NCBI GenBank assembly: GCA_965644265.1
Contig: OZ286461.1
Span: 62,186,001 to 62,250,000, forward strand
DNA length: 64,000 nucleotides
Source of the DNA: Glycera tridactyla
Lineage: Eukaryota
Direction: 5' to 3'
Shown: positions 38,305-49,800 of the stretch, in pieces
How positions within the stretch are numbered: the stretch's first letter is position 1
Layout of the letters: each line of letters begins with the position of its first letter
Translations under genes and position numbers: made by a program
Notes under the pieces: generated by a model
Told to the model about the DNA's origin: nothing
The model's input: only the letters and a program-made list of their open reading frames with translations
Database searches by the model: none

Positions 38305-40829
38305 AGGGTGAGTGGGTGGGTGGGTGGGTGTGTTTGTGTGGGTGTGTTTGTGTGGGTGGGTGTGTGTCTAAGTACATGTTCCATGATGCTACATGTGAAT
38401 ACCCCATGGCTACCATACTCGTGATATTGGTATCCAATTGCTGTTAGCAATTTGAGAGTTATAATATATATAATAACTTCATGAATTTCAGGGCTAGCTG
38501 TCTCAAACTTTGTGTACCTCCTTTTCTAGACTATGGATTTACATCTTGAATTTCAAGGTCACTGAGTGCAAAATGGTTTCCGAACAATAACTTCATGAGT
38601 TTCGGGGGTAGCCTTCTCAAACTTGGTGTACAACCTCTCATAGACTATGGCAACACACCCATCGATTTTTCAGTGGCCATCTTCAATTTCAAGGTCACTT
38701 AATGGAAAAAGTGAGTTTCTGGACAATCACTTCATAAATTACATGGGTGGCTTTGACAAACTTGGTGCACAGACATTCCCTGGCTATGGCAAGATTTTGG
38801 GGTTGCCATCTCAGTGTGCATCTACAGGCTAGTGGTGATGCACTGGTATGTTGCCAAAAGGTCAAAGGTCAAGGTCACAGGAGCTATTTTCAGAATTTGA
38901 GAATATGGACAAATCTCACTTGGTGAATTGTTTTAGTTTCCTGGGTCACTGATCAAGACCTGATCAAGAGCTTCCCTTGTCAGCAAGATTCCACTCAAAC
39001 CGCTGACCCAAATTCAACTGAACTTTTCTGATGCCTAGGCATATTCTCGTGGACAAATCCTACACAAAGAGACCCCCCTGTACCCCAGTACACCTCATAC
39101 CCCAGGACACATTTTCACTCAAAGGATAGATGTCAACCAATAATGTCTAGCTTTTCAGTGAGCATGCTCACTTGAAGATGAATAAGCAAGCAGGTGGACC
39201 CAGGCATGTATGCGGGTGGTGAATAATTACAAAGTCTGGGGGAGACATATTGAGTGAGGAGGTGCCTCACTAAAATTCTAGTTGACTGTTAACTTTAATC
39301 CTTTCATTCTCTCATTCATTCTCTCTATTGTGAAATTCCATTTGTGTTTATTTTTTCATCAAAGTATAACGGTTGCGACCGAAAATGATATTTCTTATTT
39401 ATATGATGATAAATATGAGAATGAAGGGGTTAAGCTTTATATGTGCTTCTACACCTACTGCTCCAACAATAAACCACAAAAAACACTTGCACGACTGAAC
39501 AGAACCATGTTGATTGTGGGATTGTAAGACTCCGCCAGCTAGAAAAATTTGTTGCCCAGTTAGCTGAAAGATGAGCATCAGATTGGCTCAGTGCTGCTTT
39601 CTTTGTCCCATAGAAGCCTTCAGTTGTCAAAAGGCTGACCACATGGGCTTGGTTTTTGGGTCCGACCCTTGGTTTATAGTGCGCTTGTAGCCCGCCCTCC
39701 CATTGCATTCAACTCCCTGTTCATGTTGTCCAGATCTTGCCCGAATTACCTGTCCTGCTAATTGAGAGCTTTCCGTGATGGGGTATGTCACTGAGCATGC
39801 CCAATGACACATCCCGGGAGCTGTTTCACTGACCTCAAAGTGGTATGGCTCAGCCCTGATTTCATGCCTGGTCCAGCGGAAAACAGTGGCAATGGGTCGC
39901 AGCAGACATCAGGTATGGCGCCAGTGCTGGTCCATTTGCGGGCGAGCATTGGCTCAGTAAACTCCTGGTAACTTCTCAATATTTGCTTGAGTTGAGTGAA
40001 ATATCCCGTTGAGTGCTCGACCTGTCTATCCGATGTATGCTCTACTAATGTATGATACATATATATCATGTTCTGACTGGACGTTAACTTGAGTATTGGT
40101 CTAGTAGGCCAGTTATCTGTAAACCCTCCACCCGCCAACAGCTACGATTTAGTGAGTAAGGCTGCTTTGTTACTACTCCCTACTAATGGTATGCTAATGA
40201 GATGCTATTAAGATGCTGTTTTGTCAATTATAATGATGTTATCAGTCTGCAGTAAATTGTATGCCTGTTACCCAGTCAGTATCCAGGATTGAATTGGCAT
40301 GACCCTTGATTCACCGACTGCAGCGTCATGAGTAAAAGTTTTTTCTCTCTGTCACTAATGACTTCGTCGATGGTAATATTTCCAGTTTGCCTCTCACCAA
40401 AGCATGATTACCAGTCTTGTGAAACAGGAATCTTTTCCGGCTGAAACTTGTCATGTAGTGTCCAGAATATTATATCTGATCCTTCAGCCGATATTTGAAT
40501 GTATTTCATCATGATCTTGTCGTGGGCCATTAATATAGCAATATCCACCAATGATTCATAGTTTGCTGGAGTGAAGCACTATACATTTCTCCTGCTCTGC
40601 CTGAAATTAGTGTGGCACCTGTGATTGCTGTTCAGCTCATTGATTCACATATAGACTTCCTCTTGCATTGAATATCATAATAGCCAATATTATGTATCAA
40701 TTGAACTTATAACTGACCCGTCAATGATTTGGACATCTTGACTTTAGTAGTTCAAGAACTTTAATTCAGTGAATTCAGTGTTGATGATCATTTTCAAAAG
40801 GGAACCTCCAACTGTGATCATTTCCCAGT

Positions 40830-40879
<50 letters not shown>

Positions 40880-43800
40880 TTTGTTGTGACCAATCCAGTC
40901 TGAATAAAGATGATTTGGGTATGATCCCTCAGGCTCTCAATGAAGTATGTGTGGCTGTTATGAAATGGAAGACAAGCTCCGGCTGTTCTTTTTCTTCTTC
41001 CAAACATAAGTCAAAATAGCGATGGTCACTCATCCAAAACGCACCTTGAGATACCGTATACGGATAAGGCCTCTATGGAAGATGTAATATTGGGATAAGG
41101 ATCATGTGTGATATTGTAGACACTGTTTGATGAGCTACAGTGTGTAAGCTATGTGTAATCATTACTACCATTATCATCATTACTACTACCACTACTACTA
41201 CCTCTATTACTACCAGTATTTTGCTGTTTGCTGTACTACCAATACTTGCCGCAATATTTGATGACCTGCCATGTTTTGACACTGATACATATCTCTTAAC
41301 ATTACCCCGGTTTTATTTCAGTTAACTTGTCGATAGCCGTTCTCAACCTTTCACAGTAAAGTAATGGACACTGCTACTGTCTTAATACCTTTAATTAAAT
41401 ACTCTTCCACTGCTGTACATATGTGATTCTGTAGGTACCAGTTCAAACCCTCTTTGTTTAGCTCGCCCTCAGTTCATATCGTCATCTTTTTGTTTGTTTT
41501 GTCCATTATTTGAGTTGACCTGGTCAGCACAGTGCATGAAATCATCCATAACAAATACTCCTTCCAACCATGCTCCTTTCTGTGTCATGTTTTAATTTCT
41601 CACTCTTTCCTCCGTCTATCCGTCTGTCCAGCTCTCACTCTGTTTGTGTCTTGGACACTGATCAGTTGCTCCCACCTTTTGAGTTTCATCCAGAAGCCAC
41701 CTCTTTATGATGTGATTCTGTTGGGTTGGATCCAGGACAGCCGTCCGGCGTTTATGTTGTTAGCTCCTCTCATTTTGTGGCCAGGTGCCTGCTTTTGTGT
41801 GTGTCCCATTTTACAGATTATTTTCAATTTTAGACTAGGGTACGCTTTATATTCCTCCACTGGAGAGCACGACATTCAAACAAATTCTCAAAAGCCGTTG
41901 ATGGCTGTCAGACATGAGCACACAAAGGTTTCGAGAAAGTGAGCTAATTTTGAAAATCGGGAGGTTCCGGTGTGGCCCATTCAGTCTTGGATGGCGCTCA
42001 ACCAGCACCTTCTCCCCCCTTGCGGCGCGCGAGTGCTAACATCTGCTTGACTACATGAGGATATTGACCTTGGTAACTGCAGCAGCAGCCATTATGACCT
42101 TGGCCCCATGATCCCCGTCTTCTGCTGGGTTCTCACAACAAACCTCTTGCTCTGGTGAGCCACGTGAGGCGGTTTGCCTCTTGCAACTGTAAGATCTCCT
42201 CCATAGTGAGTCGGCCAATTTTTTTCCATCTTCATGCTGAATTTTTTTCAACTTGTCATTTTATATTGCATCCGTAGTGAACTGGTTATTTTGGTGCATT
42301 GTTCCTGCTTTAGTTTCACCTATTCTGTCCTCATTTGCTTTCAGGTCACTTATATTGTAGGCTTACTGTATTGTAGTTCAAAATAGTGTATATTTGGTTT
42401 CATTTTCAATTTGTTTATGAGCGCTTGTATTTAGAGACTCCTGAATTTGTATGTACTTGGTGTCACAACTGAAATGGCCAGGTTTACAAAGACAGGCTCA
42501 AATTATCATCGACTTTTTCCAAGAATAACCTGCAGTCAGTGAGCAAGACTGGATATTCATAGAGGCCCGTGAACTCTTGGCGAGATTACTGTAGTCAAGT
42601 TTGTGTGTATGTACGTGCGTGTGTGCGTCAGTGAGTAAGTTTGTTATTAGTGCTTTTAACCACTTAATATTTTCACCCATTCTTATCTACTTGTACATAT
42701 CCTTCACCATATTTCACTGAATTCAGAAGCAGTATTTTTATGTACATATATACATGCATAAATATGTATGAAAAATCAATATTGCTGCATCGATATATAT
42801 GTACATGATATTCAGATCTATCCAGTTTCTTTTCCAAGCTTCTTTGGTGTTGAACGGTGACCTTTTTGTTCATGCCCAGACCGAGCCCGTGAACCATTTT
42901 GAAGAAGTTTGCACTGTCACTCTACTGATACTCCTTTCTTCCTGTATGTCTCCTGCCCGTCCATCTCTCCCCAAAAGCCACCACCGCTGCTGTTGCCGCC
43001 AACCATTGCTGCTCACCCACCACGTCAGCTATTGTGTCGTCCTGTCAAGCCCTGCCATACCACATGTCATGTCTCCTTATTTCAGTTTGTTCATATTTTG
43101 AGTTCCGTTTCTGTTGTTATCGGCTGAATGGATTGAGTCGCGGGTTGGGATGACCCTTCATGATTAGTGCTCCCATATGTGTTTGTTGTTTCTTCCCGTC
43201 GTTCCTTATTTCTCATCTAAATCCAGGATCAGTTGGCGGGATCACCTTTTTCGCATCGGCAAGAAATAGGTGATATCCTGCGACTAACTCTTTCAAAGTC
43301 CAGATGGAGCATTCAAACACTTGGCCAATTATGCGAGACTGATCTTTGGTTTACGTGAATTTCATTTCCCGTTCGAGATTCTAAATGTATCCCGGTACCT
43401 TCTGGTAGAAGGGTGTACTATTTTGGTACTCAGTTATATCCTCGTATTTTGAGTTCAACATTGTAGTTTATTTGTTGGTTTCTGTTGATTTCCTTTTATT
43501 TGCCAAGCAGAATCCAGTGAGCAGGGTATGTTGATTTTTTCTGGTGGACAATGAGGAAGTTTATTCTTGTCAAATTAGAAACACGTGGATGGTGGAAGCC
43601 TTTCATAGTTTTTAACTTCTGGGAGGATGGATACAATTTTCTCATTTTTTTTCCTGATTGGCCAAAGCATGTGGATTGTGTGGAGGGGTTTATGATATCT
43701 CTTGATATTGACTGTGTGAGTGACGCGTTTTCTGTGTGTGCCCCTTGTTTCTAGGTGAAACAATGGCATACATGAACAATGGTGGTGGTGGCGTCACCGA

Positions 43801-46800
43801 CGTCAGCTTGTATAACCAAGGTAGACGAGACATCACGCGTCTCCACGCTCTTCTCTCTCACTCGCTCTCTCGCTCTTCTGTTTTTGCCATCCATATCGCT
43901 CTACCTCTCTCTTATTACATATTTTATATGTATGTATGTGCATATATATCTGTCTGACGTGCCACTCACTTTTGGTTTGGTCGGCCTGTCAACGCTCTTC
44001 AGTGCGGGAGGATCGTGCCCATCACATTTGCTTCCTTGTGTACATTTGCATGTTTATGGTTGTCATAAATACACATCATACATAACAATTGGAGAATCTT
44101 CCCAGATAGCATGTTGTATACAACATGTTTAGCAAGAAGATAAGTTATCAGGTAGTCTGTAATATAGCCAGAAGGGGAGAAAAAAGCAGGATGCAAATTT
44201 TCAATTTGTTCCCATTCACATTTACTGAATATTGATTCTCAAATCCACCTCCAATTTGAATTAGAGTGATGTTGCATTGATGTATGAAAATTGCAGTGGT
44301 TTCTATTTGCTGAAAATCATCTCAATTCAGTGCATACTCTAATTTGGAATTTCCCATCAATTTAATGACTCAATAGATCTTCAAGCGTCACTTCCTCTAC
44401 ATTTCAAATAAAACTTTTCAAATCTCCATTCTGATTTCCATCTGCTCTTTTCTCCCCCTGTATATTTTCCATATTTCAAACTAGAGAGTACTTATTCTAC
44501 TAACATTGAAGAGATGTCTTATCATATCAGTATATATCTAATAGTGCAATTGATGGAGATGCTTCCAGAGACAATTTGAAGGCTGTTGTCGCCATATATG
44601 TGAGTTGCGCTTTGGGTGAGGGTGTCTTTCATCTGTTTGGATGGGTGAATCGCAAGCATTCAACATCCAACATCCAAGTCATCATCATCTGCATTTTCAT
44701 CATCATCCCCATCATCCTCATCCTCATCATATATCCATCTGTGTAGCATTCTTCCCATCCCGTCTCATGTTATGTGTTTTTCAGCTGCTTTCTCTATGCT
44801 CTCACGCTATTGATGTCTTCAATTTTTCAGTTGGCCTCTTGTTTTGTGGGTGTCTTGTGTGGCTGGGCAGGCTTGGCTACTGCGTCTCATGCTATAGTAT
44901 CCGCGTGTCCGTGGGATTTCTTCGTAGCACTGCCGTGTAATGTTAGAAGCTGGGTGCCAGATAAAAGACAAAATATAGTCAAAATGACTCGGATCTGAAA
45001 AAATGCACCTGAAGCACTAGAATCAATTTCAAGAGGTCTCTTGACCCCCATGTTTGAGGCACATTCTGCACAAGTGTATGCACTGTGTGTTTTTGTAAGC
45101 GTGTGTACAAGTTTTCATGTGCAATCATTCACGTTGAGTTTGATGACTATTTTCAGTATATTATGATATCCCATGATACATTCATCTAAGTCAAAGGTCA
45201 CGGACCTCTGAACAGTTAGTCTTGCTACATGTTGTGCACATTTTACCACAAATCACCCATAAAGGGCTCCGGCTCTACGGCTCTATTTCGCCGTGTAGAA
45301 AATGATCCTCACTAACGTAAGATCATCCGAATTCCTGGCCATTTTAGTTTGGGCTGTATATGTCTTGACATAAATGCCTACATATTTTGTATCATATTCT
45401 GTTATACATGAGCTTTAGTATGATGTGCTTATCTGGGGAGTTTCTGCAATGTACCGCTCTTGCACCATGCACACATAATCATTGTACACCCTTTCTCGCT
45501 TTGTAGGTGGACCCTCTCCGGCACAATGGGAGGACATCACTGGGACCACTCCACTTTCTTTTGTCAATGATTGCGTATCTTTCACTACAACTGTATCTGC
45601 AAGGTGGGTGTATATATCATCCTTATATTTCACGGAATTCTTTTGAAACGTTTATAAAAGTTGCCCATCTTAATTGAATTATGCACACGAGAGAAGTGAA
45701 TTATTCGATGTTATGTAACCTCAAATGACCGCTGCACCAGCAGAGGGTCCATTTTGGCAAATGAAGAAAAGTGCTTACCAAATATATGTTATGCAATGTG
45801 TGTCAAAAATCGCCAGTAATTCATCCTCCACCAAAAAAGTGAATTTAATTTATGCTAGAACTGGCTCAGTTTTTAAATTTTTCATCTGACTTTGTGTGAA
45901 ATTGGTATTTTTCATTCACATGTGCATACTTATTGCAGTCAGTTGTGAAAACTCATAGACTGATGTAAGAATCATAGGTATTTATGATGTCCAGATATCT
46001 GAGCTACCAGTCGTCAAATGACTTGTGTGTTTATCACATATGGCAGCTTGTTTCATTTATGAGCTGTGAATTCGATGAATTCCAAGTAATGCAGTGAGAG
46101 AGTGAAATGATGTAATTCACTGGTCCTCACTGCAATGTCACTGCTCCGGAGCGGTTCGGCAGGTGTGAATTTTACATAATGTCCTGTTCTCCGGATATAA
46201 AGTAAGAATTGCCATCATTACCATTTCGATTGATAACTGATACTCATTACTCCTAAATGGTCACAGTAATCAGAAAAATGGACTGAGATTTTCAGTCAAC
46301 ACTTTTTTTGCTCAAAATCCTTATCAAGTCAGAGAAATTATCTTTTTTTTCATCGCATTCAGAACACATCTTTGTATGAACAAAAGTCCTGAAATTTCGT
46401 ATCTACACTTTATATTCTTTGGTTGGAAATTTAATCCACTCTGTGATCATGATGATGTGTCACATAGGAGATACCAAATGGTTTCAGGGATTATGTTACA
46501 ATGATGGTCAACTGCACTTTCTTTCTCTTTCAGATTTTGGTTAATGGATTGTCAAAATATGAACGAAGCAGCAAAAATGGCAGCCGAACTGTATCGCGAT
46601 GCCATAGCTGTGCCATTCATGGCCAAATTTGTAGTTTTCGCTAAACGACCAGATTTACATGAAGCTCGATTACGGTTATTCTGTATGACCGACGATAAAA
46701 TGGAGAAGACATTAGAGAACCAGGAACACTTCCAAGAAATCGCACGAAGTAGAGATGTAGAGGTAAGTATCATTGTCTACAAAAGCTGGTTTGTTGGTCT

Positions 46801-49800
46801 GTCCATCCTCCATCTGTTTGTCTGTCCATCCATCCACTGCTGCTGACTGCCACCTTGAACGGGAGTGTAATGATGATAATAATGATGATAATGTGTGACA
46901 TTTATATAGTGCCATTTTATCAGGGGCAGCCCCTGCTCAAGAATTTTTGTGTGATCAGACATTGTTTAAAATCTTTGTTCTGGTCTCATATTAGTGTTGT
47001 TATTTACAGTTCTGACATCGTGAAAGCATATGATTTTCTTTTGAGACTCAATTCAATCATTTCCATTCAAGTTTTGTGTTAGTATTAGCTACGTGAACAG
47101 GGAAAACTGTAATGGGACTACATCATGAGTCATGCCTGGTCCTAAAATATTCATCGTTTTCCTTGGCAGATGCCTGTTGTATGAAGAATTCTACCCAAGT
47201 GGCAATTCAATGCCACTAATCCATGACATGACCAAGACTGCTTGTAGAGGGATCATTTGGAAAAGATCATTCCAAAGTGACTTAATATAGATCAACAAGA
47301 TATAGGTGGTAGCAGTTGATCAGACTACATGTTCAATTGAGCTATTTTATGATGTAGAAGTTATGTTTTTCTGCATTATAATTATTTGTTGTCATCTTCT
47401 CTCAATTGTAAATTACCACTTTGATTTGTTGATACAGGTACTAGAGGGCAAAGCACAATACATAGAGATGGCCGGAAATCTTGTGCCTGTGACAAAGTCA
47501 GGTGAACAACTATACATCAACTTCCATGCATTCCGGGAAAACCGGCTCCCATTCACTGTACGCGTACGTGATACCCATCAAGAGGCCGTTGGCCGTGTCG
47601 CTTTCATGAAGGAGCCTCGTGCCCAACGAGGCGAAGCACAACAGACACCTATCTGCAACTTGAACATCAAGCTTCCAGCTCCTCTCTCAGGAGAAACTCA
47701 TATTGAGTTGGAACCAGCAGATGCTGATGAGCTGCGAGCGCGGTATGATGCCGTACGAGGACAAGGAGGTGAGTAGTGTCAGTTTGTCCCATTATGATAA
47801 CATTATAGAGTATAACAGCATTTAGTTCCGGAGATTTCCAACAGGCTATTTCACTGTATTGACACAAGGTGGCACTTAAGTGAGCTGACTACCACTTCTT
47901 GTTTCTATTATGTCTATTACAAGGATATTACTCTATTATCAACCCACCCCCTTACCCCATATTTCATAACTTTTCCGGGGACTTGATACCTCTGAGATAT
48001 GAATACATGTGTATTCTATACCTCTTGCCTTTGTAGGGACATTTGTCCCGCCTACTTTCAAAATAAGGGACAACACCCTTTGAACAGGGGACATTTGCTT
48101 TAGATAGATATACTCAATAGCTAATACAGTAGCAACACTTTCCTCAGAAAATGAATGATATGAAGATAAATGTTGTGCTAGAACAATGCAGAAGAGGTCA
48201 TATCTGGAGTAGAGGGTTTATCAAAAAAGAAAGGTTAAAGCTATAAGTACTGTTTACTGGATATACAGAGCTCTCTCATTGAGGTCAAAATCAACATCCA
48301 GTCCGACTAGGTGTCAGATTGCTACACCCCGGGTGCACAAATTGATGCAAAAGGGGTCACATACCCTAATATTGTGACATTTGATGCAGCGTCGCAGCCA
48401 ATGGCAAATGCTGCTCCTGAATTCTGTATCAGCTTTGATACAGCTACCCAGCCTCTGATTACGTGTATGGGACAAGAGCACATATAAACAAATCTGACAT
48501 CATTGACGGTGGCATTGTTGCTATATTTTGCAGGTCTAACTGATGACCAGATCTCCAAAGCAGAACTGCGGCTGACAGACATCGCCGAGGCGCTGCAAGG
48601 AGATTGGGTGCGGTTAGGACGGAATCTCGACATCAGTGAAGAAGAGATTGACAAAATAGCTGGGGACTATGCATACACTAGCGAACAAGCTCTAGTCATG
48701 TTGCATCTTTGGGTGCAAAAGAATGCCGATAATGCCACAGGTATGTTGTCTTCACTGTTACCTTTTAACTTCAAGAATTACTTCAAATTGGACAACTCCA
48801 GAAGTCGAAAATATTCAGTGTGAGTCGAGATAATTGGTCATCCAGAGCTTACCTGAACATTCATACATGTCTATATGACATTTTAAGCTCACGCAATATA
48901 AAAATGATTGAAGGTATTTGATAGCAAATTATGTGAATATTCAAAATTTGAACCACGCATTCACTGAAACTTGGATCAGCTGTTTCATTATATTGGCAAA
49001 CACTCATTCATGTTGATGTTCATTTTTATTCTTTTATATTTTATTGACTGTTGAACACCAAAAACCAAATCAAGATGGGATTCTGATTCCTAATTTTCCT
49101 GGTCACAGGAAATTATAATCTTCATTCCAGCTTCAATGAGTTAGTTTGTCAGCGATAATTACGCTTGGCAGGAAAGTTGTATGTTTTAAATATAGCTAAT
49201 TATCTGTTCCATGCCTTTCTATCATTATTGTCATGTGAAACAGGTATCCTGTATGTGAGCCAAAAACGTTGTAATTCAAAATTATGATAATGAATAGAAA
49301 AGGAAACATCATTGATATTGAAGAAATGGACGTTGTCATGCACACATAAGGGTCTCACCTGTCATATCCTATAAATGACCCTTAGATCTTCTATTGTATA
49401 CATGGGTCCCAGTGTTTGCACTCTCAGGACACCCCCAGAAACTATATATGCTCTTGTGTTTGGTCATTTTCAGGTAATGAACTAGAGCGTGCATTAAGAA
49501 AAATAGGTCGGGAAGATGTAATTCGCAAGTGCATGTACAATATAGAAGAAGTCACAGATAGCATGGAGAAAGAGATGGCCAAGACACAGATCGATCAGTT
49601 ATCTGGTGAGTTTTTTTGTTGAGTCCGTTGATAGCATATGCTTCTGTATGCAGTAAAACTTGTGACAGGGGATCACCCCTATAAATCATCCTAGGTTAGC
49701 AGTAATGCTATGATTAGTGCCTACAAGTGCAGTCAGACACTTGTACATAGATTACATCAGTCATCCATTAATAGATAACAGTAGCACTGCATGGTTCCCA

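Noticed and set aside
16125-38450. CVCVCV/HTHTHT/TDGQ ORFs (16125-16431, 37471-37741, 37963-38450)
   Set aside because: Translations of (GT)n, (GCGT)n and (GTCY)n microsatellites.
42051-42160. Coding-looking stretch ending at donor CTCTG|gtgagc
   Set aside because: The phase-1 frame contains a stop and no AG lies between the stop and the donor.
44831-44940. Possible hydrophobic, Cys-rich alternative last exon
   Set aside because: TG-rich low-complexity intronic sequence gives such peptides by chance; no clear poly(A) signal identified.
45299-45316. 18-nt segment gtgtag|AAAATGATCCTCACTAAC|gtaaga
   Set aside because: Contains an in-frame TAA in phase 1; a poison exon cannot be excluded, but CACTAAC may simply be a branch-point or Quaking-like motif.
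1979-48654. Minus-strand ORFs overlapping exons (e.g. 1979-2488, 29835-30143, 34041-34382, 48322-48654)
   Set aside because: Antisense shadows of GC-richer ankyrin exons with no independent coding signal.
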